A stretch of DNA of 64,000 nucleotides from Selaginella moellendorffii (lineage: Eukaryota; Plantae; Lycopodiophyta), in NCBI RefSeq assembly GCF_000143415.4, contig NW_003314265.1, forward strand, positions 3,055,181 through 3,119,180, given 5' to 3'. The stretch's first letter is position 1. Each line of letters starts with the position of its first letter. This document shows, piece by piece, positions 1-11,700 of the stretch. Both the position numbers and the translations under genes were made by a program. The notes under the pieces were generated by a model. That model was not told the DNA's origin and made no database searches. It saw only the letters and a program-made list of their open reading frames with translations.

Positions 1-233
1 GTGAAATTTTGCATTCACAAAATTGGCATGAGGCCTCATGCCATCTTGATATACACACAGCTGCAGGCAAGTAAAAACATACATGACAATACGCTAGCCA
101 TGAAATTGCAAGGGCCCAAGATGGCATGTGGCCTCATGCCATTTCTAAATGTGGTCCTAAGCCATTCCATGGTGAACATACTAGGAAGCACAAGTGCCGA
201 ATATCAAGAGGAAGCGGTAGCCACACCAAAGAC

Positions 234-310
234 AGTGCCGCTCGCAACACCGCAACTACTCGTAGTGCTGCTCGCAACACTGCAACTGCTCGTAGCGCTG
301 CTCGCACAAA
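234..310 (+). repeat. 30-bp tandem repeat (x2.5), probably in the last exon of a gene entering from the left edge
   Basis: AGTGCCGCTCGCAACACCGCAACTACTCGT / AGTGCTGCTCGCAACACTGCAACTGCTCGT / AGCGCTGCTCGCAC. It is preceded by intron-like segments that end in AG and contain the palindrome. Confidence 0.7.
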
Positions 311-743
311 TTGCCACTCGCATAAACTGCCGCTCGCAATGGTGCTCGCAATGCCGCAACCGCTCGTAGACGCATAAACCACAGCTCACAACACCGCTTA
401 CACAAGCAGCGCTCACTGCGCTCAGCGGAACCAAAAACACGGCGCACAAAAATGATAGACCTAGGAATGAGTTCGAGAATTCAAAAATAACACACGCTTG
501 AATGTCACATCAAATCCTCTGACAAACTAGATCTTATGACTCCTCTGACAAATTTCAAACTGAGTAGCTTCTAGACTTTGCTGTCGGAGGTTGAACTTTG
601 TCACATCATGTCCTTGCCTTGATCCAGCTGTGCCATGTCAGTGATTCGAACTTTGCCATGCCATGTCAGCGATCCGCACCAAGATTATTCGCCGTGTAAA
701 GGAATAATTATGCTGTGTGTGTACGTCCATTTATGGCAATATA

Positions 744-2090
744 AGGCCACACGCCATTCAAAGAATAATGCTAGTCGAGCATTTTTTGGTGCATTTTTGG
801 ATTCAAAATTGCATGAGCCCACACGCTATAAAGTTTACCTGTACCAAAAATAGAAACAACTTTATTTACTTGGGAATTTAAGTGGTTGAGGCATTTTTAA
901 ACTTACAAACACATGCCCTACTTACATTCCTTTGGTTGCTTAAAATTCAAAAATATTATAAACCTTTCTTTTTGCATTTTCAATGTTTTCAATTATGGTT
1001 TTTGATTTTCGCAGGACCAGCCTAGTAATCTATTTGCATCCCGTCATGTTTATAGCTAGCTTTCGTTTGTCCCCTTCGCTAGCCTGAGATACATCTGCTC
1101 GGCATCTGCCTCTTACAGCATTTGCCCAGAAAGGGCATCTTTCTTCACGCAGCATTTGCCACATGTTTAGGGTTTAGGGTTTAGGGTTTAGCAATTCAGT
1201 AGCTTGATAAACATGCAAATACAGAACTTAATGCAAAATCCTTTGATATGTCACAATGCCCCTAGGACCATAAACACATTTCAATAGAGAGGGTCCTTTC
1301 ATTTCATAACTCCTTACGTAGATCTTGGTGAAACCAAAGTTAGTGAAGTTAGTTTCTTGTGATCCCGCATCTGATTGTGATGTCCCTTTGCAGTGTCGAT
1401 GGAAAGGTCAATGCACACCAAACTGTAAAATCTTGGAGCAAAATAACGGTCGGATCTATGGCAAATGCCCCTGAAACATTGTAAGGCTCGTGTGGTCTCA
1501 TGTGGTGTCCGATCGAGATGCTTCTTTGCAGGGTCATCAAGAAAGACATTGTATACCATTCTGTAAAATCTAGTTGCGATCTAACGGTTGGATCTCCAGA
1601 AAACTAGAAAAAAACTCGCGCGTGTCAGAATATCCTAGGAATATACTCCTATATGCCCCTGAAAATGGCATGCGGCCCCACACCATTCAAGAGATAACGC
1701 CAGATGACGCCAAAAATTTTTTGGTGCATTTTTTGGGTTCAAAATTGCATGAGCCCACACGCTATTAAGTTTATCTTTGCCAAATAGAGAAAAGTTTATC
1801 TGTGTCATGTGAGGTAGTTACAGTCCTTTGTGCTCGGCATCTGCCTCTTGCAACATTTGCACTAAAAGGGAATTTTTCTCCATTCAGCATTTGGCCCTAA
1901 AAATGGCATGCGCCCACACGCCATTCAAGGAATAACGCCATAGGACGCCTGGATTTTTGGGTTTAAAATGTTTAGGGTTTTTTGGGTTTTTTCAAAATAT
2001 TTTGGGTCCAACGTTTTTTGGGTTTCTTTGGTTCAAAATTGCATGAGCCCACACGCTATAATATTGATTTGAGAGAAAAATAGAAACAGA
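744..2090 (+). repeat. Three dispersed copies of a ~100-150-bp module (palindrome-TTCAAGRATAAYGC...TTCAAAATTGCATGAGCCCACACGCTAT)
   Basis: Copies at ~744-855, ~1660-1790 and ~1900-2090. A second shared block, TGCTCGGCATCTGCCTCTTRCARCATTTGC, occurs at ~1096 and ~1831. Confidence 0.8.
1165..1191 (+). repeat. Interstitial plant telomeric repeat (TTTAGGG)x3.5
   Basis: GTTTAGGGTTTAGGGTTTAGGGTTTAG, with a single further unit near 1971. Confidence 0.85.
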
Positions 2091-2766
2091 TAGAATTTCT
2101 TTATTTAGCTGAACATCTGCCATTTTTGGAAATACAAGATGCTTTGGAATATCCAATCATGCATGGTATAAATATAGCAAGGGTATTAAATGATATCTCA
2201 ATCATGATCTTTCTTTTGGATTTCGCGTGCATGCAGTCCAAGGAATGATGATGTTGCGGATTTCTTTTGGATTTTGCGTGCTTGCATGCGCGCGGCAATC
2301 CAGAAATTAATGGTGGCGCCCAAGTCCGCGGAATGATGACGTGGCGGGATTACCAACCGTCGTGACATTTCGTGCGTGTGAGGTTAGGTTTTGCATTTTG
2401 CTTCGTACTCGCGCTCGCACACTCGCGCTCGCATCGCGCTCCCACTCGCGATCACGCTCACATTCGCGCTCATCTACCTTCTCTACAGGTTTCTCGTGTG
2501 CATCGGCGTCCACTCGCGCTTGCATCACACTCGCGCTCGCATCGCGCTCGTGTGCATCGGCGTCCACTTCAAGACACACCCAGTTTGTAACTTCGCCGCC
2601 AACTCCACCGCACCCACACGCAGCCCACTTGGCGTCCCGGGAGATTTCAGCGCCACTCTCTAACTGTTAAGTGGCAGAGTAGCCTTGCTGCTACGATCCG
2701 CTGCACACACAGTGCACATTCGCCAGCGAGTCCGGCCTCAATTGTCATGCCTCCATTCGACTTCAA

Positions 2767-5700
2767 ATGGTAAGTCTTTTAGGCCAAGTAGAAAATGGCA
2801 TGAGGCCACATGCCATTCAGTAGCAACATTGGCATGCACCGATTGGGCTCTCGAGTGCAGTCCGGTTACAGATGGCGTGTAGCCTCACGCCATCTTAGGA
2901 TGCAGCCTCAAGACATCTGATGCAGTGGTGAATGGCGTGTGGCCTCACGTTATTTCCAGCTGCTAGCTTTTCATCTGTCAGCTCTAATTGTTGTGCATTT
3001 CTAAACAGGCGAGGAATTGCGTTCTTCTTCCAGCCACTGTCAATGTGGATGCAGAGAAGGGGGAGGAGCTCACCAGTTGGACTTTCGGGATGGAAGGCGA
3101 GGATCTGAGGCTGTACAACACAGATGGTGGGAGAAAAGAATGCATAGGGATCCTCATCCAAGTGACAGACACTCCATGCAGTTCCATGCAAGAATATGGA
3201 CTGGCACTTGTGGTAGAGACAGCGTCCGCCTTCAAGATCCACCTTGCACATCCTAGCGGCTTCCCGGAGGGGGGCAGCGGCTATGAGGAATTCCTAGAGG
3301 GAGCTAGGGAGAGGTTGTCCAGAAGGCCCACAATTTCAAAGATGCTGCGGGTCTATGAAGATCACATGGAATCCACGGACCTCACCTACGGCGATGTTCA
3401 AAAACTATATTCCAACATTGAGCCATTGAGAGTGCCTCCAGTTCGCGAAGCAAAGGGGAAGGGGGTCGATCTGAAAACTACCCCGAAGCAGAAAAGGGTG
3501 GTCAAGCTCAAGCCGACGTCCGACTCTCCTGGTCCAAAAAAGAAGCTACTCGGTGATGCCATTGCCTCGGGTTTGAACACTACACCCACCAAAAAGAAGA
3601 GCCGCAAAGAGCAGAAAGAGCAAAAAGAGGCAGCAAAAATCGTCGCAGATAATAGTACTTGTTACTATTCCAACAAAGTATATACAATCGACGTGAGCCG
3701 TATCGACATCCAAAGCAAATACAACCACAGGCTAGTATCTGATGAGTGGGTGGAGAAACTGAAGCAGAAGATGCTGGCAAGTCCAGTAACACCCGACATC
3801 GCAGACGTGATCCCCTACTACCGAACAATGAAGGGCGAGACGAGGTTTCCAGATTTGATCAATAGGAAGGTGTTGGATGATCAGAACATCCAGTTCTATG
3901 CCGTCTCCGGGCAGCATTCTAACTTGGCGATGCAACAGATAGTTGTGGATATTATGGTGGGCGAGGAGGTGAAGAAATTCTTCAAGACAAGAGTTGTCCG
4001 CCTGATAAAAGGCAACTCACCCCTCCGATCTATCATATCCATCTCCCACGCGCAGAATGTCAAGCAAGAAACGTGCTACAAATCGGGTCTGCACGAGACA
4101 TTGGCACGAACACGGAAGCTCTGGGTTCAACTGAAGAAGCCACAAAAACCAGGACAAGGACGTGCACTAGCAACTAGCGCCTGGCAGGTAAGCCTCGTTG
4201 CATGTGGCATAGCATGTGGCCTCACGCCATTTCTATTGCAGGAATTCTCGAGTCTTCTCTCGAAAACACTGGGGATCAATGACACACTCAGCATCCATAA
4301 CATTCTACTCGCAACAAAAGTTGTTTTTGACAAATGGGTAGATGTGCTGAGGAGGTACCATGACGGGGAGTTGCTAAACTCAATGGGTGTGGAGGACGGC
4401 CGGAAGCCCAATGATTTGAAGCTCAACGCCTTGCATTTCTCGCGGTCTCTAGACGACAACGACCTTCTGACAGTGGCTAATGCTCTTCTACGTGGTGAGG
4501 TAGTCTTCAACAAGACCAAAATGACTCCCGGCCATATTGTGACATACGAGGACTTGTGCACGACTCTGAGAGCTCGTGCGCTATTGAAGGATTGGATCTT
4601 CGAGCAAGTGGCCGTGGAGAGGGTGAGCATCGACACCACGCAAGAGATGATGGAAGAGCTGGAGTTGTCAAATGAAGACATCGACGAGTACGTGAAGGGG
4701 GCCCCCAAGTTCATCGATCTGCTGCGGGATGCCACGAAAAGTAAAGCTGAGAAGTTGGATCAGTATCCAAATTTCATTAAGAGGGATGTCGACCACCGGC
4801 TTCAGAAACAGCTCGACCCCGCAGCAGAGGCCTATCGAGAACCTTACCGGGTATACGTGAATTCGGATGAGGATCAAAGGTGGAGGAGCATCGTTTCCCG
4901 CGGAGATGAGCAAGTCAAGAACATCTTTTGTGTGATGGACTTCACAAACGAGGAGATCACTCATGCAGACGAAGTCAGCTCCATCATTGACTTAATGGTG
5001 GGACTTGCGGAGGTGGAATCTTCAGTCCACTATATGATCTACGACGCTGAATCCTATCACAAGTTCTGGAAGGCCTTGAACGAGGTGAAGGCTCGATTGA
5101 AAGGCAAGGAGATGCGGGAGATCCATGGGATAATGGCTAAGAAGAAGATACCGACGAATGTCCGCATCTTCACACTCGCCCTTGTTATTGGTCCTGCAGC
5201 AGAGTGGAACTGGAGTGACTTCCCAGCTTCGTTCGACAAGGCCGATCGAATTGATCTGAAGGAGGTCAATTTACCCGTGCCTGAGGAACTGAAGACGGCT
5301 ATGGAGCTTTCGAATCCAAAGAAAGCTCCAGGTGCAGCATGGGAAATGCTCAGCTGGGTCTTCAATGCAATAGCAGGTGGGTCACCTGCTTCCGACTCCA
5401 AGGCAAATGCGTTGTCGAGTACAACTGCAGCGGACTATTCTTTCGAGCCGCACTACTCAAGGGTGTCCCGTGTGTTGCGGTGACAAACTCCATTGAAGAG
5501 GTGACTTCAATGGAGCATATAATTACAGTTGTCAAAGAAAAACAGTATCTTCTCTGCGAACCTGGTGAGTACGCACTTTAAGTTTAAATGTTATCTCACA
5601 AGCTTTGTATGGAGGAGCGTGGCCACCCCCAGATGCTGAAACGGCGTTAACAGCTACTGTTGAAGATACCCATGTTGGGCCGAGCTCACAACCTGCACAA

Positions 5701-8323
5701 GGTAAGGTCACGTGAGGCCTCACGCCATTTTGATTATAGATCGTTGTGAATATTCAGACACGAGGACTGAAAAGCGCACTGGTGGCGCGTCGAAGAAGGA
5801 CAAACAGACAAGCAATAGGAAAAAAGGAGGTACAAATTATATTTGCAATGGCGTGTGGTCTCATGCCATTCCTTGCAGGAGACACTTCTTCAAAGGCAAA
5901 ACAGGCAAGCACCAGCCAAGCTCAAACTGACAGTGGTCATAAAAAGCGAAAGCACGTTAGACAGTCGTCGGGATCAGAGGCGTTTGATTCGAAAAGGAAG
6001 AAGGGCAACGAAAAGATGATAGGTAATGCCTCGCGGTTATGGCGTGTGTGCGAAAGCAGCCAGTCACCACCTCCTGACTCAGATTCCTATGGCGGACTCC
6101 TCTTCCCCAATCTCAATGGAGAGGTACAATGGATGAGGGATGCTTTTCAAGTCAGGGCCACGTTTTTCTCATCTCGTCGTCTTCGAAGGGTGCAAGAACG
6201 TGCAGAAACCATGTTAAGACAGTCGGGTGAGGATACGGTCCTAAGTCACGCACTAAAACAGGCTATGGATGTCTTGTATTTTGAGATGGAGACTCGGCCA
6301 GATGATTTTCCCAAGATGGTCCTGGAAGAACAAGCCATCCAGCCTGAGCAGCCTATGGAAGAAATGCAGGAGGGGGATGAGGAGCCAGAGAAAGATAATG
6401 AGTAGGAAGAGCAGAAGGACGAAGAGGAGGACAAAGAAGAGGAGGACGAAGAAGAGGAGGACGAAGAGGACTTGGATGGTCCTCACAATGGTGACGATCA
6501 CAATAACGACGACGACGATGATGATGACGATGGCCAGCCTGAGGTGGCCAAAGAGCAGCGGAGGAAGGTCATACAAGACAAACCATCAGGTAAATAATAG
6601 TACATCCATTCCTAACCTTTTACCATTTCTAACATTGTCCATGTAGGTCGCAGAGCAAATGGTAAGTAGAGATTATTCAGTTGAATTAAGATACAAACTC
6701 TAGCCTTTAGTGTCGAGGAAGGATAGTGCGAAACGTATGTCCAATCCTTCAGAATCAGCAGTGCGCCCAAGTGATATCGGTCCTAGTTCCTCAATAGCAG
6801 TTGATGGTAAATACAGTATAGTCGATTCAATGTGCTAATGAGTTTGTTTTTAGTAGCCAGTAGGGAGGATACCATCTCAATCGAAGGGAGATATTTGGAC
6901 ATGCATATGGATCCGCCAGTGGACTCTACTTGCCTGCAAGAGTCATCAGAGCTGGTGGAGGCTACTATCCATATCAACGCCAAGCAAGCTGACCACGCTC
7001 CACTTGATGCTGCCCATACCACTGAGTCAATCTTGTCCATGTATCCAACTGACGGTGACTAGGCGCCATTGGACCCGCATGAGGCCGCCCCAGCCGCCGA
7101 GCCGGTCGTATCCTCATTTCCAACGGACTCAACGTGTGCCCAATCGTCTGACTACGCGCCGTTGGAACCTCCCTACACCGCCCCTGCTGCCTGTTTGGTC
7201 ATGTCCACTTTGCCAACAAAGGCACCAGCTGAAATGGCGTGTGATCACACGCCATCGGAACCACCCCATGCCATTGTTGAGCCAGTTGTACCAGAGTCTA
7301 CAGCTGAAATGGCATGTGCCCACACGCCATCGGATGCAATTCCCACATTGCAGAGGAGAGTATTTCCGCCCTTCACGTTTCCTCGACCAAAACCCTCTCA
7401 ACGACCATCGGGTGCACCATTCGCTAATATTGTAGATGGTAAAATTGACTTGTACCATTTTTTATGCTGACGCATTTCATTTCAGAGTCACGGCGAAGGT
7501 ACTGTATCGTTTTTGATCTGAACGGTGTCCTTTTCTCCCATGAGCGTGGCTCGTCCTCGAATGTCACTGCACCCTCCAAAGCCTGCGGTCGCAAGTTGGT
7601 CAAAAGAGACAGATTCACATTAATCACACGGGAGAAACTGCGGGATCTAATAATGACCATGCGACACTTAAAACAGAGGGTTTGCAATTGGGAGTTTGGA
7701 CATCTATGATGCGCCACAATGCATTAACGTTTCTACAGATGATGCACAATCAGACGCGAGTAATATTACCATTTGACTTTCTCCTAACGCAGGAGGATTG
7801 CTTGACTATGGTCCATGTGAGGGGTAGCAAGCCCATCTTGGTCAAGCCAGAGGCTGTAGTGATGAACCAGACTGCTAGGTCAAGTGAAATCCTCATCATC
7901 GATGACTCGCCGATTAAAACTGCAGTGAACACGCACACATATGCAGTGCACCCCATCTCTTGCAGTATGGAAACTAGGGAGAAGAAACCGTATGTTCTGG
8001 GGGACCTTGCAAAACGGCTTGGAGCGATGGTGATAGAGAACCGGCCAGTCCAGGAGGTGGCTGCAGAAATCAACCAAATGGCAGATGGAACGGTATATCA
8101 GAAGCCATTTGATCGGACAGACACCAGTCATCATTTATGGCATGTATATTGTCTAGCCAAGCACTATCCGCATCTTCATAATCTGCTCAACCGGATGGGT
8201 TCTTCGACCACTGAACATGAGCGTGGACATATTAGAGAAGAGATGGCATTACTATTGGGTTTAAATCCTGATAGTGTGGAGAGATTCCAAGATTATTGTA
8301 TAGGCATTGGAGGCAAAAAATAA
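2767..8323 (+). pseudogene. Large multi-exon gene: ParB/Srx-like domain + degenerate N4/N6 DNA methyltransferase-like region + acidic/low-complexity linker + FCP1/NIF-type HAD phosphatase; recently disabled
   Basis: ATG at 2767, then intron 2770-3008 splices in frame into ORF 2988-5483. Further GT-AG introns: 4188-4241, 5377-5402 (only 26 nt, may instead be a frameshift), 5565-5602, 5702-5739, 5830-5878, 6590-6646, 6662-6710, ~6807-6853 and 7439-7485. These link successive ORFs in frame. Lesions are in-frame TAGs at 6403-6405 and 7060-7062 and a frameshift at ~7680. ParB-like motif: IDVSRIDIQSKYNHRLVSDEWVEKLK...FYAVSGQHSNLAM. HAD motifs: IVFDLNGVL, GVWTSMMRHNA, IIDDSPIK. Confidence 0.75.
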
Positions 8324-8759
8324 CAGTCTGAGATGGCATGTATTTATTTTAAAATGTAACTTATTATGGCATGGGGTTCCATGCCATTGTATTAATATTA
8401 AAAGACAATTCTTTGAGAGGATTTGCATTATATTAGAAGTGTTACAGCATGTTATTGGAAGTCTACGAAGTTGTTTTATTAATAAGGGGAAAGTAAAGAT
8501 TGAATGGGGACTTGGGCTCCACCTAGACTTGGAGCAACTGAGCTAATATTAAAAAGATGGAAAGAAATTGGACGACGATGACAAGGAGAAGAGAGAGGTG
8601 AAGCAGTGGCAGGGGGAGGAGAAGTGATTGAGTAGACATTTCCTTGTTTAAAATAAAATGGCATGTGCCTCAATGCAGTTGAATTTTGTTATATTTATAT
8701 ACTATATAAAGGTTTGGAAACCTTATTTTACAAGTGGGATAATGACAATTCCCACTTTA

Positions 8760-11700
8760 ACGAAATAGAGCTTATTGCCAAAGAAGGCCATCATTGGGAC
8801 GCCTAAACACTCTAAAACACCAGGAAGTGGTGTTTGGTGTCGCGAGGGTATTAGATAAGGCTCAAGGGATTAAACCCTTAGCAAATGATGGATAGAAGGT
8901 GCTATCCAAATGTCCAAGGTTGTGGAGACGGGAGAAATCTGTTTACCTGATTTGGACAAAGCCAAAAATGGAATTTTGGTAAGGCTAGTGATGGGCATAT
9001 AGAGACCCATAAGTAGCAACATTAATCTTGGTGTGTGGGATTGTAAGGTGAGCATGCCCAAATTAAGGAACCACTCCCTAAACTATCAGGTAGGTTCATC
9101 CCTATGAATACTTGCTAAGGCATGGTAGAAGGTGCAAAGTTATCCTCCTAGTCTGGAGGAGAATAACTAAAGGAAACATATGAGGCCAAAAGGCAAGTAA
9201 TATTGGAATGGAACTAAACCATAGAAATTGAAGGGCATAATTAATGGTAGTTATGCGAGTTGGGAGTGGAGAATCAAGAAGGTGCTCAAGGATGTTGTTA
9301 CTAGCAATTGTGATGCCATGGAAAGTCCAAAATGTGGAATTATCCATGTTAGATCATATGGTGAGTAAGGAGCTTGCAAAAAAGAAGCTTTAGCAAGCTA
9401 AGGAACAGAGTTCCTTGAATGTTCCTAAAAACAATTCTAGGTAGATAAGTACTTAGAAGCCAAATGTAAATGGTTTCTAGAGTGCGTGAAATCAGAGTGG
9501 TGCAGCAGAAGCGTGGTCTTGAAGCTGGCTATGAGGCGAGGCTATCAAGGTTAAGGAAGTAGTTCTCGAGTGTTCAAAGAGAGGGCTTTGAACAAAAGTC
9601 GATGGTTAAAGAATTTCACGCTTATGCATGAACTATGTTACGGTGGCCGAATGACTTGCTAAGTGAGATTGGCGAGTCAGGGGAACAAATCCCCTAGTTG
9701 AAAGTGCTAACTTCAAAAGGGGTGGCCCATAGGGCCGAGCATGGAGGAGTCTATGCATGATCACAGACTTGTTAAAAGAGAGGACTTAGCAGTGCGGAGG
9801 AATTATGTTTTTAAACTGTGATCTATAGCGCGCTTTAAATATAAGTTGGTGCACAGGGGTGGGGAGTCACGCCAACATCCTGTGCGATGCCATCCGTAAA
9901 TGCATATACGGAGGTTGGGTTCGAGTCCCAACCCTCTAGTGCTTGGGTTCGAGTCCCAAATCACTAGGGCGTGGTGATGGTTTGGAATATGAGGATACTC
10001 ATTTTTCAGTAGTCATAGACTTTCAGTGAGGAGACTGGTTTGGGCATACCGCCAAGCGAGAGATGCCTCAGAGTCGTGATGCACAGTTAGATTGCTTAAT
10101 GTAAAAGCTTGGCATATCTAATTTAAACGCTTTAGTGCAAGTGGCACTAAGGACGTGGTGAATGAGATGGGGACACCTAATCTCAGTTGCTATGTAAGGG
10201 CTGGTTTGGGTGCACCGCCAAGTGTAGGGGATGCCCCCGGGGTCATGGTCAACAACTTGAAGGTTTAGAAGACCAAGTACCTCTTGGAAACTCTGTTAAG
10301 ATGCCAATGTGAGATCACTAGATGATCTTGTGGCGAAATAAGGACAAGGTCCTTAGTTGGCTAAGGAATGAAGTTCCTGGTTCAAAGTGTTGATTTGAAC
10401 TGTTTATAATGGTGTGGCTTAATTAAGATGACTAAGTGGGAAGAGCACATAAGGGAAATAAGTTATGTCTATGTGATGGCATAGTGAGTCCGAGGAAAGT
10501 AGTCTCTATAAGAGACCCATAGAAGGGTCACTAAATTAGGCTATAAATAAAGCCATAGCAGAAAATGATAAAGAGACATACTAAAGGTAAACACCCTCTA
10601 GATTTGGCAAAGCAAAGTCTTTGCTATAGAACCGAAAGGATACCTCAGCGATCCGATGTTGCTGGGTGCAACAATCAAGGATAGGAGCAAAAGACTAATG
10701 GCTAAGAAAAAAACCATGGGAACCATGAGAAAAAATCCAAAAGGTAAAGTTAAGCTAAGAACACTAATGTGTTAGGGGCTAACGAATTGTGGGAAAGGCA
10801 AGGTATTTCCAAGGATGGATTCTCAATTGCTCCAATTTGGCAAAAGTGAAAGCTTCAAGGGAGGGTAGCTAAATGATAGGGCCATAAATAGCCCTAGCAC
10901 AAATTTTGATGACTGGAACTTAGTGCCCAAGGAAGCACGAAATAAAAGAAAAGATGATGATGCCCTCAAGTAAAGAACTTCATAGGATGGGGAAAGTGGA
11001 GTTGAACAATATGTGCAATGCAAGATGTCAGAGACACCTAGGAAATTGACTTCAAGAAGTCAAAAGTAAAAATTCCAAAGTGCAAAGGTTATATCGATGG
11101 AAACTAAGACTACTCGAGAAGGAGTAGTGGGATTGAAATATAAACAGTATTTCTAATAAGTTTAGCAAAAATTAAACCAATAAAAGGAGAGAACCACTAC
11201 AAGTGGTCCAATCAGTCTCTAAGTTGAAGAGACTATCCTCCTTAGAGGATGGGTAAGGTATAGTGAGCCTTCGGTATCAAACCATTGACGAATATTGGCG
11301 AAGGGCAAATAATGGAAAGGGTAATACATGTTGGTATTACTTTATAAAATAGTTTATCGTTCGATGAGGACATCAAACTTCGTCTATGCGTGGTGGAGTA
11401 ACACAAAATCCCTAAGCCCCAAAGTGGAGCCGAAAGGGTGCCACGTGGTAGTGGCCAAAGCGAAAGCCAAACAAGTGTAACACGTTTGGACTAAAAGCTC
11501 CGACTTGAAAGGTTGAGAGCGGGAGTGGAACTCCCAACGACGTGCTCAAGGAACAAGCACGAAGCAAGCAATAAGTGAGTCTCTAGAAAAGGGACACATG
11601 AGGACCTGAGATGGACCCAAGATGGAGTCCGAAATAGACCCAAGATGGACCCGAGATGGAGTGTAAGATAGAGTCTGAGATGGAGTCCGAGATGGACCCG

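Larger units (their letters stand above)
24..8679. repeat. Dispersed family of ~19 22-bp palindromes, consensus ATGGCRTG-N6-CAYGCCAT
   Basis: Copies read at 24-43 (perfect), 121-142, ~744-757 (half), 809-829, 1665-1686, 1745-1765, 1903-1924, 2039-2059, 2795-2816, 2872-2893, 2932-2953, 4209-4230, 5708-5728, 5848-5869, 7234-7255 (perfect), 7309-7330, 8366-8387 and ~8658-8679, plus half-sites at 8137 and 8332. Not seen beyond ~8700. Confidence 0.92.

Noticed and set aside
2307-2670. Several overlapping ORFs upstream of the ParB-like gene
   Set aside because: Low-complexity CG-rich repeats in a probable promoter; no domain signal.
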